Below are positions 25,850 to 39,449 of a stretch of 64,000 nt of DNA, one piece after another (position 1 is the first letter of the stretch; each line of letters opens with the position of its first letter). A program made the translations under genes and the position numbers. A model generated the notes under the pieces. That model saw nothing but the letters and a program-made list of their open reading frames with translations. It did no database searches and had not been told where the DNA came from. Source of the DNA: Eledone cirrhosa (taxonomy: Eukaryota); the NCBI GenBank assembly GCA_964016885.1, contig OZ024755.1:23684001-23748000 (forward strand), in the 5' to 3' direction.

Positions 25850-27029
25850 GATATAAATATCTTTTTCATAAACTTCGAAAACATTCATCTTCTATAGATT
25901 AGATTTTCTACAAAATTGTTTTCTAAAATGGTGGGGTTTTACATATGTAATACAGTGTGTTGAAAAATTTCAATCAACTGATATTATCCAAGCAATTAGC
26001 AATTTTTTGCTGGTATGTCTGAAAGCAATTTGAAGATTAATTAATCATTTAGAGAACAGTATTTAATATTTTTGCCTGTTGTTATCTGGAAATCTTAAAT
26101 ATTTTGGATGTTCTCTAATCACTGCTCAAAATTCTTTTTTATTGAAAGAAAATTGGTAAATTGAGTTATTGAATGATAATGATTATCTACATAGTGTCTC
26201 CATTTCAGAATATCTGCATATAATAATTGTTTCTACTTTTGGCACAAGGCCAGCAATTAAATCAGTGTATTACTGGTACTTTATTTTATCGATCCCGTAA
26301 GGATGAAAGGCAAAGTTAACCTCGACGGGATTTGAACTCAGACCGTAAAGGGACATAACTATGTTAAAAAACATGGTGTCCAACCCTCTACTGATACTGC
26401 CAATCCGTGGCAGTCAACAGGTTAATTTAAATACAACAATGTGAAAAGGTGTAGATATTTTTTGAAAACTTAAATTATTATTGGTTACCTGAAACATTAT
26501 TATACACAGATAAAAAAATATCTACACCATTTCACATTGTTGTATTTAAACTAACCTGTTGACTGCCGTGTATATTTTACACAGCTACAGTTGCTGTGCT
26601 GGCTGTTTTTTTTTTAGTAAAATGACTACTTTTTTAAACGAATATTTATTAACAAAACATATCTGAATGGTTGACAAACATGACATCAATAAACTAGTAA
26701 CCCCATCTAGCTTTGAAGTTATGAACTATAGTAAATGAGTTTATAACTTTGAAGTTTTGAATTGTTGGAAAAATGTTCAAACATGTTAGGACGACGAGTT
26801 ATCTCGGTCATGACACCGGAATGCATATATGTTAGGATGAGTTATCTCGTCTATGGCACTGAAGAGGTTAATCAAATTGAAATCAGAGTCAAAATAGAAG
26901 ACATCCTTTCCCTTTTATTTTGAAAGTTGCTGTATATTTGAATTTAAAATATTTAAAAATCAGTTACACAGTTCTTTGGAGCTCTATAAATAATACAAAA
27001 TTTCACTCAACAGAATTTGTGAACTTTTA

Positions 27030-27640
27030 ATAATTGTTTCTAGTTTAGGCACAAGGCCAGCAATTACCCAGTGCATTACTGGTACTTTATTTTATCGACC
27101 CCGTAAGGATGAAAGGCAAAGTCAACCTCGGCGGGATTTGAACTCAGATCGTAAAGGGACGTAACTATGCTGGAAAGCATGGAGTCCGACCTTCCACAGA
27201 TACTGCCAATCCACAATAATAATAGTTTCTGTGGACTGGCAGTATCGGTAGAGCATCGGGATGTAACTCTATGCTGCAGCATAGAGTTACATCCCGTTAT
27301 ATTCTGAGTTCAAATCCCATCAAGGTTAGCTTTACTTTCCATCCTTACGGGGTTGATAAAATAAAGTACCAGTAATGCACTGGGGTTGATTTAAATGACT
27401 TTCCCCTCCCCCAAACAAATTTGCTGGCATTGTGCCTAAATCTGTTAATAATAATAATTGTTTCTACTTTAGGCACAAGGCCAGCAATTACCCTGTGCAT
27501 TACTGGTACTTTATTTTATCGACCACGTAAGGATGAAAGGCAAAGTCAACCTCGGCGGGATTTGAACTCAGATCGTAAAGGGACGTAACTATGCTGGAAA
27601 GTATGGCGTCCGACTCTCTACCGATACTGCCAATCCACCG
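27030..27640. mobile_element. Three adjacent SINE family 1 copies in -,+,- orientation
   Basis: 27030-27214 (-), 27231-27440 (+), 27454-27640 (-). Confidence 0.9.
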
Positions 27641-27659
27641 TTAATAATAATAATAATAA

Positions 27660-27835
27660 TTAGTCTAGCCCCCTTTTTTGGAATACTTCAAAAGGCATTC
27701 TTGCTGGGAACAGCAAGAACCCTCCAATATGTCCTGAATATCCAAGACTGTAGTTAGCGGCTTGATGTTCATTTGAACAAGCTTTCCTGTTAAATAACAT
27801 CAATGACTGAGACTCCAAAAAAATAATAATAAAAA
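27660..27835 (+). mobile_element. Dong/R4 LINE extreme 3' end in (TAA)n
   Basis: ILQKAFLLGTARTLQYVLNI; flanked by TAA repeats. Confidence 0.7.
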
Positions 27836-30441
27836 ACAATACTCTATCTTCAAAATTTGTTGAATTTGTTTTTAAAGAGATTCTTTTTTGTTCTAACTGG
27901 AATGTTTGATAATATCTAGACATTTTCTAGTTATTATGAACCAAATTTGCACTAATCTTTCAGATGTCTCCTGAAAGATTATATAAACCAAGCTGTTAAA
28001 TATACCATCATCATCTATGTTTATTTTGTTTCGTTTTAAACAGACAGCATGTAGGTGTTATACTTTAATCTAATTAGATAGTGTTGCAAATTAATCAACA
28101 GGTGAGAAAAACAAGAGATTTTTTAATGTAGAAAAGATCATTCTTTTCAGAATTCAGTGAAGGAGAAAAGGATTTGAATTTGGTTTTTGAAATCTGAATT
28201 AGTTTCATAGTTATAAACAGATCTTTTTCTCGAGTGTTTTGGGAGAACTGAAAACAACTTCATATTTTTAAAAACTTTTTATAAGTGAAATAGAATGTGG
28301 AATAAACTGTGATATATCAAATATGATATGCAGCTTGTAACCAGAAATAGGACTCATGTTAAATGGAAAATCTGAATAAAATAAATGGTTACTCTCAATC
28401 TTCATAGAAAACTAAACACTATAACATATAAAAACACTTGTTAATTATTCAAGGCTTCCTCCACAATGTTGAGTGTTTTAATCATGTATGTATAAGCCAC
28501 TATTTCTGGTCATATTCCAACATCTTATTGAATTTGAGATTAGTGCATTTCTCTCTCTTTCTCTCCCAACAAACATGAGTAAATTATTCAATATTTTGTA
28601 ATATAATTTGCAACACATGTAAGTCTAAGTAGGAGGCCCAGTTCATCTGTGTCAACATCACAGAACTCCACCTCACTCTCACTGATTATCTCTACACATT
28701 TTTCTACAGCAAAATCAAAATTTCTTCCTTGTACCAGAGAAATATTGAAATCATGTCAATAGGATAGCTGAAATGAAAAGGGAGATTGGTATTTTCTTGT
28801 TTATAAATAAATCTTTAAAATAGATTGAATATAGATCAGATTTTGAAATAGATTGGTAAGAAATATAAACAAAATAACTAGGGAAACTGTTCTTTAAAAG
28901 ACAGCTTAGCACTAACAGAACCACGATTGTTTCAAATTTATCAAACCCTTTTTAATGAGTTTGAAGATTACTGAAAAGAGAAATTAATACTCCATTTAGG
29001 AAATGAGGATTGAGCAGGAAAGAATTATATTTCGATCATATGGAAAACTTTGATCAAGTGATTAGTATGTTTATTATGGAAAAGAAATATGGTTTTAGCT
29101 GAAATAAGAACTGGTGCAATCAAGGCAGCTGCTTCTAGGCATAATATTCATTTCCAGAGAAATACAAATATTATGAAAGTAGACATTTAACAACATAGAT
29201 GAGAGAAACATTTATCATAGAAGAGGACCCAGTAAGAAAGAAACAATGAAGCAAATAATTTATAGAATCTTTTTATAAACACAATTATCAATAATGTCTT
29301 TCTGGCTGCCAAATACAATGATTTTTTTGTCCCCAAAGATTCTAATGTTATTCTCTTTTGTGACACTGGATAAACCAAACAGAAGCTGTCCACTATAAAA
29401 GAAATTTTTTCTTAAGTAGAAGTTCACTTTTGCGGGCGTTTGTCCTTGGCCTTTTGTTTGTAGTCACGGAAAAAGTTGGATTCATTGTACATCATTTCTT
29501 CTTCCTTTCAAAAAAGAAATTCAACACACACACACACACACAGACACACTCACATGCGTACACACTTACTATTAAGATAGAATAAAAAACAAGGTTACAT
29601 TCACCAATATTCTTTTCAAACACACAAAGAGCTGGTCCTGTCTCAATCTCTTCTGTAGCTACCACTCTGCTGAAATTGTTAAGTTACTTATTCAGTGACT
29701 AAACAGAGCTGTCTTTTCTCTTCCCATTGTATCAATCATGTTTTAGCTCCCCACACAGTAGGAAACACTTTACTTAATCTTGTTTCTCCAGTCCTGCTTC
29801 TTTCATGAAGTGTCTTCCCATTAATGTCTTCCTTCCAATTGCTAATCTTAAAACATCTTTACACTTCAATATAAAAATTATTGGCATAAAGCTCATTCTA
29901 GTTTCAAAAGGAGTAAGTGGTTATGACAGTACCAATCGTTTTAGACTTACAAATATAAATAAGCATCTTGCTACATATCTTAGACTATATTACGGAAGCT
30001 GTTCCTCACTTTTTAAGATGGTAGAGTGTCATTTTGAGGGAGGTTTGGTTGCTATTTGTAGCAGAGTGAGCCTCATCAGAGGCAGTCCAAACTGAGTGTA
30101 TAGAAAGATATACAGAATGATAGCAATATATACCATTAAAGCAAAAGGTGTACACAAATTGAGGATAATTTCTCAAATGCAAACATGCATAGATTTCTAA
30201 TAAGCTAAGAAATTATAAATAAAAAAAATATCCTCATTGTGTTAAAAATAATATAATATATTATATATATATATATATAACAAAGTGTGGTAAGGAACCA
30301 GGTAGACTATAACGCACCAGAGTACTCGATACTTTGGGTAGTAGAGTGGGTAATAGGAAAAGGTTCAGGACCCCTCAAAGAGTCCAGAAATAGCCGTCGA
30401 AATGGCTTGAACTCTGCCATCGGGGTCCTGAACCTTTTCCT

Positions 30442-30640
<199 letters not shown>

Positions 30641-30641
30641 A

Positions 30642-30706
30642 GTTCTGAAGAACAATTTCAGACGTCTGTGTCAGGCTCGTCTGTCTTCGTGAAACCTTTG
30701 GTAAAT
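30642..30706 (+). ncRNA. Hammerhead ribozyme, intact core, weak stem I
   Basis: gtt CTGAAGA ac..cagacg..cgtctg..gt GAA acc-ttt-ggt A aat; related 3' halves in both arms of the 24110-24305 inverted repeat. Confidence 0.6.
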
Positions 30707-30878
30707 GAAGTAATTATCTTATGTTGTTCATTACATAACTATATATAAAGGCATATATATATATAATCATATATAACTCCTATGGGTCACCTTGAGCCAC
30801 TCCTTGGCGAAACACGCATAGCAGGTCGATACGCAATAAATATTTTACATATGTAAACAAAACTTCCTCGTTTTTTTC

Positions 30879-30936
<58 letters not shown>

Positions 30937-31802
30937 GATAAATATAGAGAGAACAATGAGATTTCAAACCAATTGGATGAGTGTTCTTCTATGCATGATA
31001 ATACCATTGTATCCTTATTTTCAGACAGCCGATGGATGGAGAGTGCTGATAGAACTGTTTGAACCCAAAAGAAGCAAATACAAGTTTTTTGATTTCCACC
31101 ACAAAGAATCTAATCTGATATTTAATACATATTTATTTATATAGTATATATTTATTTATATAGTATATAAAGTAAAAGATAAATCCTTTCTCAGGTAAAA
31201 TACTCACACAAAATTAAAATGAATAGTGAATTTTAAATCAAGAAAAAATACAGAGAATGTAGATTAAAGGATTAAAAAAAGATTACTGATTAAATTAGTT
31301 ATTTGACAAAAGAAACAAAAGACGTATTGGTTAATTAGAAATAGCACTAGTTTTATTAGAAGAGCAAAAATAGAATAGAGTTAGTACATATATCTTTGTA
31401 GATAATGGCCATTTTGAAAATTGCCCAGTTGTTCGTTTTGTATGGAATAACCAAATTTGAAACTGAGACTTATATTGAGATGTTTTGTTTGGCAAGATCA
31501 TTTGGAATATAGTTATAATGTAACCAGTGTCAACTAACTATTAAAGAACAAGATGAGATGTATAACATAGTTTGTTTTCTAATTAGCATGTTAGAAATTT
31601 GTTTATAAGGTTGGACAAAGTTTAAGAAAGCTGGAAAATTAAAAATAAGGGAAGCAAAAAGCAAAAAAAAAAAATGTTACTTTAATAAATACTATGGAGT
31701 GACCATTAAAAATAATAAAAAAAAATGATACTCTCCATTTTATTAAAAAAAAAAAAATTACAGAAGGCAAGGAACATGTTTTAGAAACAAGAATATAGAT
31801 CA

Positions 31803-31855
31803 GGCTTTCCTGATGATTTCTTTTGAATGAAACACTTCTAATTATTGTAGAAGTC
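31803..31855 (+). ncRNA. Hammerhead ribozyme, family also at 2931-2985 (-) and 61388-61483 (inverted pair)
   Basis: ggctttc CTGATGA tttc-tttt-gaat GAA aca...tgt A gaagtc; sister copies give stem III acag-ttctagtc-ctgt. Confidence 0.7.
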
Positions 31856-32773
31856 ATTTCTATATTAAACTTATTATATATATATATTTTTGTCATTTCA
31901 TTTGTTGTTCTAATGATTTGAAATAATTAATATTGTTTCTTGATTTCAGAAACCATGGTTGGGGGCTTTTTATGAGTAAATTTGACTTATTTTAGTCAGT
32001 TTAGCTTATATCCCCAACAAATCGAGATTTTGGCTTAAGTTTATATATACATGCATGTATATATGTGTTTACATATATATATATATATACATATATATAT
32101 GTACACCTGTATATGTATATATATATATAATGAGAGAGAGAAAGAAAAGAGAGAGAGAGAGATGATTAGTATGGCATGAGCGTAAGTGCAATAAAGCAAA
32201 AACAATAGTACTCAATACATTGAAGTAGGGGGAAGTTTATATTTAGTGAAATCTAGGTCTAAGCCATCTGCAACTTATACTTTTTATTTCCACTTTATCA
32301 GGTGATATATATATCAGGGGATTAACATGAGTCTTTAACTCCATTTTTTCCATTTGATATATATATATATATACATATTTATTTATATATATGTATATAT
32401 ATTTATTTATAGACACACACACACACATATATATCTCTTTTACTCTTTTACTTGTTCCAGCCATCCGGCTGAGGCCATGCTGGGGCACCGCCCTTATATA
32501 TATATACACACATATATATATACAGTTAAAAAAGGAAGAGATGTCTCATACAAATACAAAATTACAGTGAAAAAGCAGGGACATATTTAAAGATTACGTT
32601 TTTCTTTAATCAAATTTACAAACCATGAAAATAATTTGACCTTTTGACTCAAGAAAACCCCAACTATGTGCACACATAGACACACACACACGCGCTAACA
32701 TGCACACATGCTACAGAACAAAGAAATGATATTTGGTCCATTCTTTATGAATAGAAATGGAATTTTCTATTCA

Positions 32774-32998
32774 ACCCTTTAGCATTTAAACCAGCCATAT
32801 CCGGCCAGAGTTCTCTCACCTCTTTCTGTTCAAACCGGCCATAACCAGCTGCTTGTACTTATGTTAAGGTATTGTTCTCAAAATAGATAATATGAAAATC
32901 ACATAGATTTGATACTATGTGAGATAATTATGTGAAATAAAATGTTTACTGTGAAAATATAATAGTAAATATAGAGTAATGCAAACGCTAAAGGGTTA
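32774..32998. mobile_element. TTAA-flanked piggyBac-like MITE family A (also 1-85, 9671-10272, 52471-52727, 55040-55261; related 42732-42970)
   Basis: Ends ccctttagcattt / aaatgctaaaggg flanked by TTAA; shared internal sequence. Confidence 0.8.
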
Positions 32999-33509
32999 AA
33001 CCAAAATAATTTTCTAGAGAATCAATTGTACTCTGATCTGTTCAACTTCCACCATCAACACCTCACCTTCATAAAGAACATATAGATAAGAAAAAACTGG
33101 ACAGAAAATTCATATATGTTCTAACTGGCCACAGAATATGAGAACAATCTTTTTTATCTAAGTTTGACAAACATATCAAAACTGGTAATTTTTGACAAAT
33201 TCAAACAGGACAGCAGGACAGCATGTCCTACCCATGCTAGTGTGAAAAATGGATGTTAAATAATTGTGAGGTTGTGAGTTCGATTCTTGAACCGGGCTTT
33301 GTTATAAATATCATCATCATCACTGTTTAGCATCCATTTTTCCATGCTTGCATGGGTTAGACAGATTGTCCACATTAGGAGACAAGTCTGGCCAGAGTTG
33401 GCCACACTGTACTTTGCTCCAACGAGTACTGTAAATTTGGCCTGGGATTTTACAGCTGAATGCCCTTCCTAACATCAACTACATTTATAGTGTTATATAT
33501 ATATATATA

Positions 33510-33710
33510 ACAAAGAAAGTATGGTAAGAAACCAGGTGGACCATAACGCACCAGAGTACTCGATACTTAGGGTAGTAGAGTGGATAATAGGAAAAGAGTC
33601 AGGACCCCAATGGCTGTGCTCTGGCCATTTCGACAGCTAGATCCGAACAGTTTGGATCTAGCTGTCGAAATGGCCAGTGCTCGGCCGTCAGGACCTGACT
33701 CTTTTCCTAT
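33510..33710. mobile_element. Fold-back copy of a (TA)n-embedded HHR element family (other copies 8590-8728, 23971-24020, 30280-30442)
   Basis: Shared sequence tagccgtc GAA acggc-loop-gccgt C ggggtc...ttttccta and shared tail; about 60-bp inverted arms here; flanked by (TA)n. Confidence 0.7.
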
Positions 33711-33925
33711 ATATATATATATATAAATCATCTTCATCATTATTTAACGTATGTTGAATGATGATGATATGGTATATTATATATTAAACACCTACCTATT
33801 ATAGTCATGTAAATATTCACTTGGAAAGTGTCTCAGAAAACATGAACTTAATTGTGAAAATAAGAAAATGAATGTGTGGAAATTTGATTGACTAATATGT
33901 TATCTGTGCACAATTCTACAAACTT

Positions 33926-34010
<85 letters not shown>

Positions 34011-34075
34011 ATTAGTTACAACAGTGACATTCAGCCTGTTATAAAGATAAAGATGGCCATCTTTATCTTTATAAC

Positions 34076-34122
34076 AGGCTGAATGAGTTGGGGGTGTATA
34101 ACCCAACGAAACTTAAGTACCT
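34076..34122 (+). ncRNA. Hammerhead ribozyme with one extra core nucleotide (CUGAAUGA)
   Basis: agg CTGAATGA gttggg-loop-cccaac GAA acttaagt A cct; palindromic stem III, GUA triplet. Confidence 0.75.
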
Positions 34123-34258
34123 ACATGTCACTGTTGTAACTAATCATACTTGACTTGTCCTATGGACTGAGTGCTCTTACCCTACGATATTTCTACCACA
34201 CTTTTATTACAGTATTATATATATTTGTATATATATGTATATATATATATACATACAT

Positions 34259-34323
<65 letters not shown>

Positions 34324-34447
34324 CATAATATATTACATAACAAATGTATTACCGAAGATGCTGGTGATTGCGTGATGGCAGCAATAACACATATACACAT
34401 ATATATACATACACACATATATATATATATATATACACACCCACACC

Positions 34448-34480
<33 letters not shown>

Positions 34481-35346
34481 GTATTGTGAAAAATACTTTA
34501 ATTTCAAATTGTATAAGCATAAATCCTAAGTGGTGAAATTTGCTATCTATCTAGTATTTCAGCCTATATACGTGAAACAATATAGCATATTACTGTGATC
34601 TATAGTACTAATGTGTTGGCTGAATATTTGTCATTTACTTACCAAAGCCAAAGTAAGAAAACATTGACAACCATATTCAAACCTGTATTAAGATACTGTG
34701 TAGATAGCAAAACGTAAAGAGAAGTTAGTAAATATTAATTAGATAGAGCAAAGTAAACTATAGCTAAAAAAGTTATTTTGAATTATATTTTTATTTTACT
34801 CATTCTTACACGCTTGTTCTTTATGTTTTATTCTTTTGGACTCCCTCTCAGACACACTCACTCTCTCTCTCTTTTCATCATATCATTAACGTATAAAATA
34901 TTACATATAAACATTTGATGTGAAATAATTCCTGAATACAAAGCAATTTAATTGAAGGAGGAAATTAATAAGAAAATAAACAAACAATAATTAGAGAAAA
35001 AACAAATAGAATAGACAAATAGAATAATTAAAACATAGTAGAATAGAGAACAACCAATAAAAAGTATTACTAAATTTCATTTATTAGCGATATAAAATCA
35101 GACAAACCCTCACAACAGCAGCATATGAAAATGAAATGACAAAAATATATATTAAATGCACATTCAAATCTGTTAAAGAATGAAGAACATCGTTGAATTC
35201 AAGCATGTTCCCCTATTAATAGCCTGTTTTACATTAAAAATATATTACATAACAAATGTATTACCGAAGATGCTGGTGATTGCATGATGGCAGCAATAAC
35301 ACCAAAGAAATATGTATTACAGTGATTTATGTAAAAAAATAAATTA

Positions 35347-35988
35347 CTGTATATTCCTGAATATAAGCCAATCTGAATATAAGCAAATCTTAATATAAGC
35401 CAACCCCTATTTTATGTATGAGAAAAAGGCAAAAATCCAAACCTTGCCTATAAGCCAACATAGCTAATGAACATGTTTAGATGGTGTGGTTTTGAAATTC
35501 TCGTGAGTGGAGAATATATTTATGGAGTTTTATATATTTTGATATTTAAAATATTTTAAGTGTCACTTGAAACAGTTTAGTATAGTTTTGTTTTACAACT
35601 CCACTACATAATGATTTTAACCAATGTCCAACCATTTTGAAGCTCATATTAATTCGAAACATCAAAAACAAATAGGAAATACGAATTTCACTTCAAATGT
35701 GAAACCAGTATAATATTCACCTCCGATGTGAAACTGGTGTAATATTCACCTCTGATGTGAAACTTGTGTAATATTCACCTCCGATGTGAAACTGGTGTAA
35801 TATTGACCTCCGATGTGAAACTGGTGTAATATTCACCTCCAGAGCAAAAATATTTTAGCATCTCATTTGTATAGAATTTGAAGTTGGTGAAAATTGAGAA
35901 AATACTGACCTCGAATATAATTTGACCCCTCATTTTATCAATGATATTTTTGTCACATATATCTCGGCTTACATACGAGTATATATGG
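35347..35988. mobile_element. pogo/Tigger-like non-autonomous DNA transposon
   Basis: Imperfect TIRs ctgtatattcctgaatataagcc / ggcttacatacgagtatatatgg; TA flanks. Confidence 0.7.
35697..35840. repeat. 29-bp minisatellite, 5 copies
   Basis: Tandem gatgtgaaactggtgtaatattcacctcc with no spacers. Confidence 0.95.
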
Positions 35989-36314
35989 TAGTGATATCTA
36001 GCTTATAGATTTTTATCATTATATATATATATGTATGTATATGTATATATATATATATAATACATATGTATTCACACACACATACACACACATATATATA
36101 TAAAACTATGTATATTAGCTGGATGAATTAGCGATCAGCTTGATGGAACCTGAGTGCAAGTCGACCAAAATACATTTAATGTAATAAATAGGACTGCTAT
36201 ATTTATCTAATCACACTATCAGTAATTGTTTGTTATTATGTTTATACCTATACATTTACAATGGAATATTATATATATATATGTGTGTGTGTGTATATAT
36301 ACATACATACATAT

Positions 36315-36371
<57 letters not shown>

Positions 36372-36516
36372 CATGTGTGTATATAAATACATATACACAC
36401 ACATATACATATATATATATATGTAAACGGTAAACAGAAATAAAAAAAATAAAACAAATGGCACAGTACATGGAAGAAATATATTAGTTTAATGCTTGAA
36501 ATAGCAGGAAAAGAGC

Positions 36517-36550
36517 CTTAATGTTTCAGACACTAGTCTTTTATCAGAAG
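36517..36550 (-). ncRNA. Minimal hammerhead ribozyme, probably inactivated (G8A)
   Basis: ctt CTGATAA a agac-tagt-gtct GAA acat T aag; stem III acat is consistent with CpG decay of acgt. Confidence 0.6.
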
Positions 36551-36597
36551 ATAGGGTTAGGAATAGAAGATAAATAGAAAGTAAAGTGTGATAAGAG

Positions 36598-37020
36598 GAT
36601 CATCATCATCATTTTACGTCCGCTTTTCTCTGCTTGCAAGGGTGGGACGGGTCCTATTCAGCACAGCATCTCTCCACTTGCCATGGTTCTTTGTCATCTC
36701 CACCATGAGCTTCAGCGATCTGAGGTCTGCTCTCACCACCTCCACCCATGTTTTTCGTGGTCTTCCTCTCCTGCGTCTTCCTTCAACTGGGATTTCTTGG
36801 CACTTCTTTACCCAGCGGTCATCCTCCATGCGCATCACATGTCCATACCCTCTCAGCCTTCTCTCCCGCACACTACAACTTATCCCTCTTAAACACAGTT
36901 TCTCTCTCAACACATCCATGCTCGGTCGTTCATGTATATTGACATTCCACATCCAATGGAGCATGCTTGCCTCATTTCTCTCTAGCCGTTGCATATCCTC
37001 TGCAGTTGCTGCCATGTCTC
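36598..37020 (-). mobile_element. RTE LINE 3' fragment, same family
   Basis: ORF 36614-37015 ([19 protein letters not shown]) and (GAT)n tail. Confidence 0.9.
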
Positions 37021-37042
37021 ACTACACACACATATGTATTAG

Positions 37043-38700
37043 TTATTTTATTTTATTTCATTTGCTTTCCAGCTGAGGGGCTGAGGCCATGCTAGGGCAC
37101 CACCACCGATGCTACACTTTCTATAGCCAGCCTTCCTTGGTTGCCCATTGATGCAAAAGGGAATTTGTTGATGCTGCTCTTATTTGAGCTCCTCCTTGTG
37201 CTGTGGGTTCATCTTGGTCAGTAGAATGTCGAGATGTCTCTTGAAAACATTTACATGCACACCATGTAGATCTCTCAAATTATTTTGGCAGCTAATTAAA
37301 AAGCTGTAGTCCCTTGAACTCCTGACTATTGCAGTATGTGGTCCTTATTCTTAATGTGATCAATGGGACCTTTGGCACTACACAGTGATGTCCTGTTCAT
37401 TGGCCGGTCATGTCTTGAATGCCGAAGGATCTTCCATATTATATCACTGCATATCTCTCTTAACTCTTCTCCAGGGAGTAAAGCTTTAATTTCTTCAGCC
37501 TCTATCAGTACATCATTTCTCTCACTGAGGCAATCCTCTTGGTGTAGCTTCGTTGGATTGCTTCAAGTTCTGCAGTTAGTTTAAGACTGTTGGGCGACCC
37601 CAGCAGGGAGCAATAGTCCAGTTGGCTGAAGATGAAAGACCTCCAGAAGACCATCACGGTTTCTGAGTCTCTTGTTCTGAATGTCCTCAGAATTCAACCC
37701 ACCAGTCATCTGCACATTGCCATTATTTTGGTGATGTGTGCATGAAATGATGCATCATTGCTCATCTCAATACCCAGGTCCCGTATTGATTTTGATTCTA
37801 GGATTTCGATTCCTCCTGGTCCAATGTACCATTGTTGTGGGTTGATAGCGTAGGGTTTGAAACTTACCTGCATTAAATTGCATATTGTTGTTCTGCAGTT
37901 ACAGTCTGTACTGCTTCTGCATACTACTTTCTCTTCATCAGGGCAGTACATACAACCTCAGTATACTTCCTGGGGAGTAACCATGTGTGTTTTGTTGCTT
38001 GCACATGTTGCTTTTGGCTTTGGTAGTTAGCATGAGCAGGTTGGGCACAACATGCATAGCATCTGGTGTGTGCAATACTGCAGTTTCTCCCTTCTTCCCC
38101 ATGCCAACAGGTCCCTTTCTTGTAGAACTTACAGAGTACTTAGGCTTTGTTTTTCTTAGTTCTAGTCTTTTTCCCCTTAGCATTTATCCACTGGTAATCT
38201 CTTGTCTGTTTGCATGTTTCTTCTTATTGGAGTCTGCTGCCTGGTAGTTCTTTAGTTTACCTTTGCTGCATTCCAGTGTTTCATTTTCTTTTTCGTCGTC
38301 TACACTGATGTCTGTGGCGCAAGCCATCTCCCTCTCAGAGGCTTTCATATCCTTCCGGGATTCCATGGGTCCTTTGCAGTTCATATGTTTTTCATTTTCG
38401 TCTATGTTTTTCTTTCATCTCCTCTGTGAAAATGTGGCTCGGCTGATCCAACAAGTGATAGGCATGGAAAAAATTCATTCTTTTTCACTTTATCTGTGCC
38501 AAAGTTCTCCAGGGTCTCCTTAATTAGTTTGTTTGAAAGAGAGCCATTAACTGAACCCCATGCATTGAGCATATGTTGTAGGATTAAATGTGTATCATGG
38601 TCGTTTTGGTGTAACTAATTAATTACTTGTGTTGGTGTGTGTTCTTTTTGTATCTATGTGTGTTAGTGTGTCTATGTGCATGTGTGAGTGGGTGTGTTGG
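37043..38700 (-). mobile_element. Internally deleted CR1/L2-like LINE (ORF1 remnant, RT 3' part, tail)
   Basis: SIRDLGIEMSNDASFHAHI, DYCSLL; 3' tail ggtgccctagcatggcctcagcc also found solo at about 32440-32495, 52605-52665 and 59815-59865. Confidence 0.75.
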
Positions 38701-39449
38701 TGAAGTGGTAATGGTTGTATACATCTCTATTAATCTTAAGCTAATATTTGGTCCTCACAGACTTACTGACAATATATGGGTTGGTCCTCTATGATCACTG
38801 TATATTGGTAGCCTCTGTGCTGGTGCCATGATCAAATGCATCCAACCCACTCTTTAAAGTGGTAGTGTTTGTGTCACAATAAAATGTTCTTAGTTCATAC
38901 TGCTAGGGTCATGATAAATGGCTCTTGGTATATAGTGTCAAGTTTTTGGTGTTAGGAAAAGCATCCAGCCGTAGAAACCATGCCAAAAATGCAATGTATG
39001 AGTTAGATGTATTCACTTGATCAGTCTAGCCTCAGAACGTGACATCTCATTTACTCCATTCAATATTAGAATATACTTGAAGTATTTTATTAGTTTGCAA
39101 TACTGAGCCTCAGAGTATAGATGGAATAAGGAATGGGCTTTACATGAAAACAAAAGCTTTTTAATCAGTTATAGAAATCTCTCTCAGTCACATACATAAT
39201 ATGTTCATTAAAAAAACCCCCCAAAACAAAAGAAACCAAAATATTATTGTTTACTGTATTCTTTCTTGTATTCATTGTTAACATATTTCTAAATTTGGGT
39301 GTATGTTTGGATGTGTGTATATATATATATAAAGTTATATCTGTATACATAGACATATATATCTGTATGTATACAGATATAACTTTATCATACATTTCGG
39401 CTGCTAGAATACTTATTAATACACACACACACAGGCAGAGTGTATATAT

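Noticed and set aside
29600-30100. Unique-looking GC-richer stretch
   Set aside because: Multiple stops and no clear splice pair; probably old decayed LINE sequence.
30401-30421. Apparent compensatory change acggc/gccgt to atggc/gccat in stem III
   Set aside because: Both changes are CpG transitions, so they are not reliable evidence of selection.
34643-34682. 40-nt minus-strand segment with ag/gtaagt boundaries
   Set aside because: Weak acceptor and frame-shifting length; no other support.
35245-35295. gccatcATG start of MQSPASS followed by gtaata on the minus strand
   Set aside because: Donors are weak and phase compatibility is doubtful; may be chance.
35697-35840. 29-bp repeats resembling a CRISPR array
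   Set aside because: Head-to-tail with no spacers, inside a DNA transposon, in eukaryotic DNA.
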